Part shown: positions 56,087 to 64,000 of the stretch, in pieces
Layout: every line of letters begins with the position of its first letter
Numbering within the stretch: the first letter of the stretch is position 1
Assembly (NCBI GenBank): GCA_947588685.1
Contig: CANPYM010000003.1
Coordinates: 5,587-69,586 of the forward strand
Origin: an uncultured Bacilli bacterium
GTDB lineage: Bacteria > Bacillota_I > Bacilli_A > RF39 > UBA660
Direction: 5' to 3'
Length of the DNA stretch: 64,000 bases
The notes under the pieces: generated by a model
What the model saw: the letters and a program-made list of their open reading frames with translations, nothing else
Database searches by the model: none
What the model was told of the DNA's origin: nothing
Position numbers and translations under genes: made by a program

Positions 56087-57034
56087 CTAGTCCTTTAATA
56101 AGTAAGAGAAAATCTGCAAACTTAACTTCATCGCATCATGACGAATTAAATTATTATTGATAATAAAGAAGTTATCGCTGATGACATCTTTAACTATTTT
56201 CTTTACTTCATCTTCGTCAAAAACAACAGCATCTTTTTGTTCTAATGTTTCATACTTATGGGCTATTTCAGGTCCGATTTCACCACTATTAGCTACTACA
56301 ACATCGATTTTATGCTTACCTAAATAACCATTTAATAACTTAATATGATCAGATACTGTAAAGCCATCAGTTTCCCCTGGCTGCGTCATCATATTGCAAG
56401 CATACATTACTTTGGCTTGGCTCTCATCGATAGCCTTAATGATATCATCACAAATCAGATTAGGAATAATACTTGTAAACAAGCTACCCATACTAAGAAT
56501 GATTAAATCGGCACTTTTTAAAGCTTCGATAGCCTCTTTAGTTGGAGTGGGTGAGTCTTTATAATAAACTTTTTTAACACCTTTCTTGCACAAAGTAATA
56601 TTGTGTTCACCTTCAACAACGCTGCCATCATTCATATCGGCCATTAAAACGACATTATCTTCTGTTAGTGGAACCACTTTACCTTTTAAGTTCATAACTT
56701 TACTTAAGGCTTCAATACCATCAGATAAGTTACCACTTATTTTAGCGCAAGCGGTAAGTAGTATATTACCAACTGTCTGACCCTCTAAATCACTTGTCGT
56801 ATTAAAACGATAATTAAAAAGGTCCATAACTAAAGGCTCCGTCTCTGATAGAGCTACCAAAACTCTTCTGATATCACCAACAGCTGGGATATTAAACTCT
56901 TCTCTTAAAACACCAGTCCCACCACCATCATCACAAACAGATACAATGGCCGTTAGATCAATAGGGAACTGTTTTAAACCTCTAAGTAGGGTTGAAGACC
57001 CTGTTCCTCCTCCTAAAACGACAACTTTTTTCAT
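56087..57034 (-). CDS. yvcK: YvcK-family gluconeogenesis/morphology factor (CofD-like)
   Basis: 315 aa. VVVLGGGTGSSTLLRGLK. Sits upstream of whiA as in other Bacillota. Confidence 0.9.
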   Translation of the reverse strand: MKKVVVLGGGTGSSTLLRGLKQFPIDLTAIVSVCDDGGGTGVLREEFNIPAVGDIRRVLVALSETEPLVMDLFNYRFNTTSDLEGQTVGNILLTACAKISGNLSDGIEALSKVMNLKGKVVPLTEDNVVLMADMNDGSVVEGEHNITLCKKGVKKVYYKDSPTPTKEAIEALKSADLIILSMGSLFTSIIPNLICDDIIKAIDESQAKVMYACNMMTQPGETDGFTVSDHIKLLNGYLGKHKIDVVVANSGEIGPEIAHKYETLEQKDAVVFDEDEVKKIVKDVISDNFFIINNNLIRHDAMKLSLQIFSYLLKD

Positions 57035-57849
57035 TATGCTTTTCTCTTCCTTCCTTTTTCTTCAGGTTCTAAATATAAGACACCTTTTTTTAAAGATACG
57101 ATGATAAAGATAATACCTGCTATTACCATAATAACAGATACTAACTGTGCTACTTTAATAGGTCCTAACATTAGACTATCGGTTCTAAGCCCCTCGACAA
57201 AGAAGCGTTCCACGCCATAGATGATAAAATAAATGCCACTTAGAGTACCAACTTTAAGCTTTTTATATTTTTTACATAAAATTATTAAAATAGTAAAACA
57301 TAAAAGACAAGTCATTGATTCATAAAAGAAAGTTGGGTGATGATACACACCACCAATATTCATGCCATCAATAACAAAGCCTGGAATTGGTAAGGATTTT
57401 AACTTAGCTAAAGAAATAACAGGTCCGTAAGCTTCTTGATTAAAGAAATTTCCCCACCGGCCAATTGCTTGCCCTAAAACGAGTGATGGGGCAACAATAT
57501 CCATAAATCTAAAAGTATTGATATGATGCTTACGCGTATAGAAAATGGTAAATATTAACCCCGCAATAACCCCGCCATGAATAGCAAGGCCACCATTCCA
57601 AATTGCAAATACTTGCATAATATTATTCTTATAAGCATTCCACTCAAAGATAACATAATATAGTCTAGCGCCAACAATAACAATTGGTACTAAATAAAAG
57701 AAATAGTCATATAAAAATTCTTTTTTAATATTAGGATGTCTTTTGATCTCTAAATAAACAAGGAAAAAGCCAATAAAAAAGGCTGTAAGAATGCATAATG
57801 AGTACCAATATACAGTTAAACCAAAAACGTGAAAAGCAACAGGACTCAT
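57034..57849 (-). CDS. lgt: Prolipoprotein diacylglyceryl transferase
   Basis: 271 aa. GRWGNFFNQEAYG signature and multiple TM helices. Confidence 0.94.
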   Translation of the reverse strand: MSPVAFHVFGLTVYWYSLCILTAFFIGFFLVYLEIKRHPNIKKEFLYDYFFYLVPIVIVGARLYYVIFEWNAYKNNIMQVFAIWNGGLAIHGGVIAGLIFTIFYTRKHHINTFRFMDIVAPSLVLGQAIGRWGNFFNQEAYGPVISLAKLKSLPIPGFVIDGMNIGGVYHHPTFFYESMTCLLCFTILIILCKKYKKLKVGTLSGIYFIIYGVERFFVEGLRTDSLMLGPIKVAQLVSVIMVIAGIIFIIVSLKKGVLYLEPEEKGRKRKA

Positions 57850-58280
57850 TTGCGCTTACCTCCTTTTAAAATACCATCGATAATCCAATTATCCATAATA
57901 GCATTCATAATTGATATAACAACTGATACAATGATTAACATCCATACGCCATGAACATTAAAATTAGATTGTAAAATCCAATCGGATAACTTTAAAATAA
58001 AAGCATTAATCAAAGGATAGAATAATCCTAAAGTCATAGCTGTTAAAGGAATCGTTAACCATGTTAAAACAGGTTTAATAGTTCGATTTAAAACAAAAAT
58101 AATTAAAACAGCTAAAAAGCCCCAATAAATATTTTTGATAAAAACGGTATTTTTAAAAATCATTGATACTGTAATTAAAACTAAAGTATAACCGACAAGA
58201 TGAATAAAAATATCTAAAGAACGGCTAATACTTTCACGTTTATTCCATTTTTTTTCAGTTGTTATCTCTTCTTTTTTCAT
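57846..58280 (-). CDS. DUF360 / YvlD-type (phage holin family 4-like) membrane protein
   Basis: IKPVLTWLTIPLTAMTLGLFYPLINAFILKL core. ATG 58280 follows GGAGAAATT; the track start is 58298. Confidence 0.75.
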   Translation of the reverse strand: MKKEEITTEKKWNKRESISRSLDIFIHLVGYTLVLITVSMIFKNTVFIKNIYWGFLAVLIIFVLNRTIKPVLTWLTIPLTAMTLGLFYPLINAFILKLSDWILQSNFNVHGVWMLIIVSVVISIMNAIMDNWIIDGILKGGKRK

Positions 58281-58334
58281 AATTTCTCCTTGATTCATTA
58301 TAACACTATTCTATAGCTATTTCAAATATTCAAA

Positions 58335-58358
58335 GCGGTAAGATTTCACTCTTACCGC
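58335..58358 (-). terminator. Hairpin downstream of uvrB (8-bp GC-rich stem)
   Basis: GCGGTAAG-n8-CTTACCGC. The T-tract on the minus strand is interrupted (TTTGAATATTT), so its terminator strength is uncertain. Confidence 0.5.
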
Positions 58359-58394
58359 CTTTATTTTTATTCCATTTTTGTCTTTATTTTTAAG

Positions 58395-60344
58395 CTATTC
58401 ACTACGAATCTCAAATAGAGCATCTCTTAATTCCATAGCGCGCTCAAAGTCTAGGTTTTTAGCCGCTTCATGCATTTCTGCTTCAATTTGAGCCATTAAG
58501 TCAATCTTTTCATGTTTAGATAATTTCTCACGTTTCTTCTTAGTAACATTTTTATTATTAGATATAACTTCCCGAATAGCTTTAATAATCGTCTTAGGAA
58601 CGATACCATGTTCTACATTATAGGCTTCTTGGATTTCCCTTCTTCGGTTCGTCTCCTTAATAGCTAAGTCCATTGATTCACTAATTTCATCAGCATACAT
58701 AATAACATGACCATTCGCATTACGAGCGGCCCTACCGATGGTCTGAATTAAACTTCGCTCACTTCTTAAGAAACCTTGTTTATCCGCATCCATTATCGCA
58801 ATTAGTTCAACTTCTGGAATATCTAAACCTTCCCTTAATAAGTTAATACCAACCAAAACATCATATTTACCGGTTCTTAAGTCATGAATAATTTCCATTC
58901 GCTCTAATGTTTTAATCTCATTATGTAAGTAAGCTACTTTAATATCCGCTTTCTTTAGGTAATTAGTTAATTCTTCGGCCATGCGAATGGTTAAAGTCGT
59001 TATTAAAACGCGGGCTTTCTTTTCAATACATTCATTGATATTCTCTAACAAATCATCAATTTGATTCTTCGTTGGATGAATACTAATTTTAGGGTCTAAT
59101 AAACCGGTTGGCCGAATAATCTGTTCAACAACTTCATTATTCGTCTTGGCTAGTTCATAATCACCAGGAGTGGCTGATATATATATTGTCTGACCTTTTT
59201 TAGCTTCAAACTCATCAAACTTTAAAGGACGGTTATCCAAAGCACTAGGAAGACGAAAGCCATATTCAACCAAAACTTCTTTACGTGCCCGGTCGCCATT
59301 ATACATACCGCGTACCTGAGGAATTGTAACGTGTGATTCATCGATAACTAAAAGGAAATCATCACCAAAAAAGTCCATTAATGTCGTTGGCGTTTCCCCG
59401 GGACCTCTTAAAGCTAGATGCCGAGAGTAATTTTCGACACCCCGACAAAAGCCTGTTTCTCTTAACATTTCAAGATCATACTTAGTCCGTTCTTCCAAGC
59501 GTTGATATTCAAGTAATTTATTTTCTTTTTTAAAATATTCTAAGCGTTCTTCTAATTCTTTTTCAATATTATCACAAGCTTGATTTAATTTTTCTTCTGA
59601 TGTCACAAAGTGACTAGCTGGGAAGATGGATATCGTCTGTTTATTCGTTAAGATAGCCCCCGTTACGACATCAAACTCGGAAATACGGTCAATCTCATCA
59701 CCAAAGAACTCAACTCTAACACCTTTACTATGCTGGTTAACAGGAATTATTTCTAAAACATCCCCTTTAGCTCTAAAAGTACCTCGCTTAAAATCCATAT
59801 TATTGCGTTCATAAAGCATTTCAATTAAACGTTCAATAATCGCATCTCTTTCAACGGTCTCACCGCATCTTAAAACAAGCATTTTATCGCGGTAATCATC
59901 GATATCACCAATACCATAAATACAAGAAACACTAGCGATAACAATAACATCTTTATTATCAAGTAAAGCGCCCGTTGCGGAATGCCTTAATTCATCAATC
60001 TCATCATTGATAGCGGCATCTTTTTCAATATAAGTATCCGTTTTAGCAACATATGCTTCTGGTTGATAATAATCATAATAAGATACAAAATACTCAACAT
60101 GATTATGTGGAAATAACTCTTTAAACTCACCATATAGTTGACCTGCTAAAGTTTTATTATGAGCAAGGACTAAGGTTGGTTTATTAACTTCTTTGATAAC
60201 ATTAGCAATCGTAAATGTTTTACCAGTACCAGTAGCGCCAAGTAAAACTTGATCTTTCTTGCCTTCTTTAATGCCTTCAACTAATTTTTCAATAGCCTTA
60301 GGTTGATCACCAGATGGCTTGTATTCAGAAACTAACTCAAACAT
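58395..60344 (-). CDS. uvrB: Excinuclease ABC subunit B
   Basis: 649 aa. Walker [10 protein letters not shown], helicase motifs, and a C-terminal UVR domain ([14 protein letters not shown]). Confidence 0.97.
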   Translation of the reverse strand: MFELVSEYKPSGDQPKAIEKLVEGIKEGKKDQVLLGATGTGKTFTIANVIKEVNKPTLVLAHNKTLAGQLYGEFKELFPHNHVEYFVSYYDYYQPEAYVAKTDTYIEKDAAINDEIDELRHSATGALLDNKDVIVIASVSCIYGIGDIDDYRDKMLVLRCGETVERDAIIERLIEMLYERNNMDFKRGTFRAKGDVLEIIPVNQHSKGVRVEFFGDEIDRISEFDVVTGAILTNKQTISIFPASHFVTSEEKLNQACDNIEKELEERLEYFKKENKLLEYQRLEERTKYDLEMLRETGFCRGVENYSRHLALRGPGETPTTLMDFFGDDFLLVIDESHVTIPQVRGMYNGDRARKEVLVEYGFRLPSALDNRPLKFDEFEAKKGQTIYISATPGDYELAKTNNEVVEQIIRPTGLLDPKISIHPTKNQIDDLLENINECIEKKARVLITTLTIRMAEELTNYLKKADIKVAYLHNEIKTLERMEIIHDLRTGKYDVLVGINLLREGLDIPEVELIAIMDADKQGFLRSERSLIQTIGRAARNANGHVIMYADEISESMDLAIKETNRRREIQEAYNVEHGIVPKTIIKAIREVISNNKNVTKKKREKLSKHEKIDLMAQIEAEMHEAAKNLDFERAMELRDALFEIRSE

Positions 60345-60426
60345 CTTAATCCTCCTCTCATTGTTGTGCTTATTTTATCACTATTTCTAGTATAAAACAA
60401 GAATGTTAAAAATCCTTTTTGAACAT

Positions 60427-60452
60427 CAAAAAAAGGTAATTAAATTACCTTA
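60427..60452 (-). terminator. Rho-independent terminator of the DUF975 gene
   Basis: AAGGTAAT-tta-ATTACCTT followed by a T-run on the minus strand. Confidence 0.75.
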
Positions 60453-61154
60453 TATTTCGACTTCTTCCTCTTCGATAGTCGTTTCTTCTTCTTCTTTTTC
60501 TTCGACTTCTTCTTCAACTGGTCCTCTTAAGGTATTGTAGAAGTTAGCCATAGTAACATTCATATATGGAATTAACCAAAGATATAAAATTCCTAAAGTT
60601 AAAACACCAAGAATAGCCCATCCATAAAAGCTTAAAATTAATACAACTAATTGGAGACGGTGTCCTTTCATCATTTCTTTACTCTTTTTAATAGATCCCA
60701 TTACCCCTAATTCAGGATTATCAACTAAAATATAACTTACTAAAGCATAATTAAGTGCCGCAATAATACCTGGTACGACTAATAAAATTGTTCCTAAACC
60801 AATAACAAATCCCGTAATAATACTTACGCAAATATATGGTAAAAAGAGATTTACTTTACTAAATAAGTCCCCTACTGATGCTTCTTTATTACGAGATATT
60901 TTTAAGTAGAAATTTACTTCTCCTAAAGCAATAGCTGCTGTCGCAACGGAAATAATCAACCCTAATAATATCCAAGATGTTCCAAATTTTTCAATATTAA
61001 AGCCATTAGCTGAAAAGTCTAATCCCATAGCTAAACAACCGATTAAAGCAATTGAAATAGGGATGGCAACAGCTAAAAACATAAGTAAAATAGCTTGACC
61101 ATAATTTCCTTTTAATGAAGCTTTAGCATTCTTTTTTAATTCTGCACGATTCAT
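60450..61154 (-). CDS. DUF975 family membrane protein with an acidic C-terminal tail
   Basis: MNRAELKKNAKASLKGNYGQAILLMFL is the family N-terminus. ATG 61154 is preferred over the GTG at 61160. The tail is EEEVEEKEEEETTIEEEEVEI. Confidence 0.8.
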   Translation of the reverse strand: MNRAELKKNAKASLKGNYGQAILLMFLAVAIPISIALIGCLAMGLDFSANGFNIEKFGTSWILLGLIISVATAAIALGEVNFYLKISRNKEASVGDLFSKVNLFLPYICVSIITGFVIGLGTILLVVPGIIAALNYALVSYILVDNPELGVMGSIKKSKEMMKGHRLQLVVLILSFYGWAILGVLTLGILYLWLIPYMNVTMANFYNTLRGPVEEEVEEKEEEETTIEEEEVEI

Positions 61155-61358
61155 ATGCACACTCCTCTCTTATAAAAAGTATACCATTAAATTGATGATT
61201 TTAAAAGGCTTTAATTAGGAAAGTAGTTTAATAAAAAAAACTTAAAATATTTGACAAAATATACATATAATAGTGTCAAGATGATAAAAATATTAAAATA
61301 GTTCTAGCCTTTTTCTTTTTTTCTTTGCTAAAATAAGATTAGACTAAAGGAGGATTAT

Positions 61359-61637
61359 ATGGGGCTTTTAGATCGCATTGTTAGTAATGTTGTTAGTAGT
61401 GCAAGTTACTCAGCAGGTCATGCAATTGGAGACGCTATTGGTAATATGGCTGGGGAAGGTATCAATTCTGTAACCACGGATATGAAAATTCAAAATGAAG
61501 AAAAAATGAATGCTTACCATGACGCTGTCGACGAACGAGAGAAATTACAAAATTTACCAGCTACATGTCCACATTGTTATGCTCCTACTAATGGTAAATT
61601 AGTATGTGAATATTGCAAATGTAAAATTATTGAATAA
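61359..61637 (+). CDS. Small protein with a C-terminal zinc ribbon
   Basis: 92 aa. Strong RBS AAAGGAGGATTAT-ATG. CPHC...CEYCKC at the C-terminus. A terminator follows. Confidence 0.6.
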   Translation: MGLLDRIVSNVVSSASYSAGHAIGDAIGNMAGEGINSVTTDMKIQNEEKMNAYHDAVDEREKLQNLPATCPHCYAPTNGKLVCEYCKCKIIE

Positions 61638-61671
61638 AAAAATAAAGTTCTTAAATGAACTTTATTTTTTT
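61636..61671. terminator. Bidirectional terminator (11-bp AT-rich stem)
   Basis: AAATAAAGTTC-ttaaat-GAACTTTATTT, flanked by A- and T-runs. Lies between convergent ORF 61359 and the DUF1292 gene. Confidence 0.7.
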
Positions 61672-61933
61672 ACGAAAATTTAAAATTATCTTTATTTCTA
61701 TTTTTAAAACTTTCAAAAACAGCTTGCGTTATTTGATCATCAGCTTCTAAAACATAGCGATCATGCATATCGTCTACTTCTTCTACTCTAAAAATATAAA
61801 CTTCTGTACTGCTATTATCAGCTAAATAACATACACAATAAATATTTCCATTGTACTCTTGAATATCAAGGATTTCATAATCAACCGGATGATTATTTTG
61901 ATCTATAAAAGTTATTATATTTTTTTCTTCCAT
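61670..61933 (-). CDS. DUF1292 family protein
   Basis: True start at ATG 61933 (MEEKNIITFIDQNNHPVDYEILDIQEYNGNIYCVCYL...), with GAGGTGATAAT upstream. The track N-terminus overlaps the upstream ORF. Confidence 0.8.
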   Translation of the reverse strand: MEEKNIITFIDQNNHPVDYEILDIQEYNGNIYCVCYLADNSSTEVYIFRVEEVDDMHDRYVLEADDQITQAVFESFKNRNKDNFKFS

Positions 61934-61937
61934 ATTA

Positions 61938-64000
61938 TCACCTCGTTTTATGCGGAGTATCTGGTGTAAAATCTTCCTCATTATAGGAACTTTCATAGTC
62001 CCCTCTTCTGGTACCCGTAAATCCATACGTATTATCAGTTTGACGTTCTTGTAAAGGCTTATCAGTTGCTTTTTCAATTGGTTTTAAGGTACGGCCAATT
62101 AAACCTTGACGTTGTAGTTCTGTTTTAGATTTCGTTCTTCTTAATAAATCATACAAATCTCCTAATTCACCCCCAGATAAAGCAATTATGGCTGATAAAA
62201 TACGAGGGTCTACAACTTTACTACATTTTAGCAAAGGAATTATAGCAATATCGCCGCCAACAACCCTCTTTACGGTCTCAACGTGTTCACTAGTTTTGGT
62301 TACAAAGTCAACAAGAATATCTTTAGCTTCAACCCAACCTTCAGCAACTTTGCTTGTATCACCATCATAATCAACCCAAAATCTAATTCCTTCACTAAAT
62401 TTTCTAGCAGCCGCTTCCGGATCAGGTGAACTAGCTATTTTATCAATAATATCTTTAGCCGTCATCGGTTGATGAGTCGTTTCACTATAGACACGCGCTA
62501 ATATCTCAAATAATTTATCCGAACTATTAGGATTACTACTCAAATGCATTGTTGCGTACTGGATATCGCCCCAATTATCTAGACAAACACCAGAATATTC
62601 TTTTCCTTCCCAAACAAAGTCAACACCTCTAAAATGAGGTCGAGCTGGCGCAGCAACTTGATTACCAGCCCCATGGGCATAATAGTCAATTACTTTGTCA
62701 GTTTTATCATAAGCTTCACCAATACTTAAATCTTCTAGAGCTTTTCTTCTAACTTCAACTTTACCTGGAATAACATGTTGTTCTTCAATAACTGTATCAG
62801 GTAGTTGAACTGTCATCTCTCCACACTGTTTTTGAATCCATCTTGTTATTTTAGGTCCAAGATAACTAATAGCACCAACCCTAGCTACAGTAGCAATACC
62901 TGATACAACCCTTGTTATATTACTACGATTAGCTTCTTCGTGAATGCTTAAAGAGATTGGATCAGTTTGAACAACGCCAGGAACAGGGTGTTCATTATTA
63001 GCTCGAATACATAAATCAATATCATCTATTTTTTCTCTGATCATTTTTTGAAGAGATTCTATATGCTGCCTTGTAGAATCTTTTTTTTCGGTTTGCCATG
63101 CAAGATCTAAATCTGTTAAAGCATCCATCAATTCCTTTTTACGCGCTACTAAGGCAATTCCCAAAGCCTGTTGTTGCTGTTTAGCACGCTCATGGTCCTT
63201 AGCTGATTCTTCAATTTCAATTGCTTTAGCGCTAGCGATAATAATATTTCCTTCTTTAGCTCTAAATATAGCTTGAAATCTAGGCACAAAAGCTTTCTTT
63301 AAGGCATAGGCCAAGGCGTTAGGTTTTAATGGTTTCTCACCCTTTTTTTCGCGTTCAATATTTTCTATTATTAAAGCCATATCCATCAGTTGCTCAAAAA
63401 TATCTTTACGAGCTTGATAACGATGGGTAGCTAAATCTTTATAAACAGCAGCAGCACTTTGTTTTGACTTAAAAATCAAATCTTGAATAGGGGCTACAAC
63501 AGATTTTCCAACGAAAGCATAAAGAGGCTTTTTCGTATGGTTTAATAGGAAAACGAAAGCATTCGTTGGTACAGATACAATATCACTTGCTAAAGCTCTA
63601 GCATTAAATTTCTTGCGCCCTGTCTTTTCATTTTCTTCAACAATTTCTCTAAGAGGATAATAAGATCCCTTCTCACCATGTTTACCTAATGTTTTTAAAT
63701 TTTGATGCGTTGTCTGATGCTGATTATACGCATAGTTATTGGTTGCAATATATTCCTCATCTTGATGCATAAGTAAATCGATAAGTTCTTCATCTGTATA
63801 CTCATGCCATTCACTATCTTTAGGTAAACTACCAGTACATTTATATAACCTAATTGCTTCTAAATATTTGCTTTTATCACCACTTTGGGCTCGTGATAAA
63901 CGTTCCAAGCGATAAGAGAATTCCGTCAATTGTAAGAAAGCCTCATCCTGTGCTTTTTCTGGATAATCTTCAATAACACTATAACTACCACGTTTTACTA
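61938..64000 (-). CDS. Large hypothetical protein, 5' end outside the window
   Basis: The track start at 63929 is a TTG. I checked the frame upstream to 64000 and it stays open (…VKRGSYSVIEDYPEKAQDEAFLQL-TEFSYRL…), so the gene is truncated by the window edge and exceeds 687 aa. No motif recognised. Confidence 0.6.
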   Translation of the reverse strand, partial: VKRGSYSVIEDYPEKAQDEAFLQLTEFSYRLERLSRAQSGDKSKYLEAIRLYKCTGSLPKDSEWHEYTDEELIDLLMHQDEEYIATNNYAYNQHQTTHQNLKTLGKHGEKGSYYPLREIVEENEKTGRKKFNARALASDIVSVPTNAFVFLLNHTKKPLYAFVGKSVVAPIQDLIFKSKQSAAAVYKDLATHRYQARKDIFEQLMDMALIIENIEREKKGEKPLKPNALAYALKKAFVPRFQAIFRAKEGNIIIASAKAIEIEESAKDHERAKQQQQALGIALVARKKELMDALTDLDLAWQTEKKDSTRQHIESLQKMIREKIDDIDLCIRANNEHPVPGVVQTDPISLSIHEEANRSNITRVVSGIATVARVGAISYLGPKITRWIQKQCGEMTVQLPDTVIEEQHVIPGKVEVRRKALEDLSIGEAYDKTDKVIDYYAHGAGNQVAAPARPHFRGVDFVWEGKEYSGVCLDNWGDIQYATMHLSSNPNSSDKLFEILARVYSETTHQPMTAKDIIDKIASSPDPEAAARKFSEGIRFWVDYDGDTSKVAEGWVEAKDILVDFVTKTSEHVETVKRVVGGDIAIIPLLKCSKVVDPRILSAIIALSGGELGDLYDLLRRTKSKTELQRQGLIGRTLKPIEKATDKPLQERQTDNTYGFTGTRRGDYESSYNEEDFTPDTPHKTR

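Overview
AT-rich, low-GC Bacillota chromosome segment using the standard code (TGG for Trp, no sign of UGA recoding). I call 76 protein genes, 71 of them on the minus strand, plus the start codon of one more at the left edge. I found no rRNA, tRNA, CRISPR array, transposase or integrase. murA, lgt, spoIIR and an M23 peptidase indicate a walled organism of spore-former ancestry. An Erysipelotrichia- or Clostridia-like origin is only my inference from gene content and AT-richness.

Backbone, in coordinate order: (1) 1-12.8 kb holds the complete S10-spc-alpha ribosomal superoperon, rpsJ through rpsK, with secY, adk, map, infA and a hand-found rpmJ; there is no L30 gene. (2) 13-18 kb holds an HNH nuclease, a DUF4116 repeat protein, gpsA and rpsF-ssb-rpsR. 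(3) 24-47 kb holds origin-proximal housekeeping genes: ychF, DUF951, mscS-like, parB/parA, typA, rpmE, murA, fba, spoIIR, rlmH, a WalJ-like MBL hydrolase, dnaB, rplI and a DHH phosphoesterase. (4) 55-61 kb holds whiA, yvcK, lgt and uvrB.

Three accessory blocks interrupt this backbone. (a) 18.86-23.87 kb is a translationally coupled four-gene cassette between ychF and rpsF. It encodes a polytopic zinc-ribbon/BspA-LRR membrane protein, a radical SAM/SPASM enzyme with a ~220-aa unassigned C-terminal domain, a 117-aa protein ending in a Ser/Gly stretch plus Asn13, and a double zinc-ribbon membrane protein. This is my best candidate for an undescribed system. (b) 47.4-55.0 kb is a 2538-aa vWA + 8x CnaB-like, IPLTG-anchored adhesin. 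Its textbook promoter has a spacer built from a T15 tract, so it is a phase-variation candidate. (c) A large unassigned ORF runs off the right edge, coupled to a DUF1292 gene.

One further orphan stands out: a 364-aa protein coupled to gpsA carries two QxSLF beta-clamp-binding-like motifs. All functional calls rest on motif and family recognition by eye; no database search was possible.
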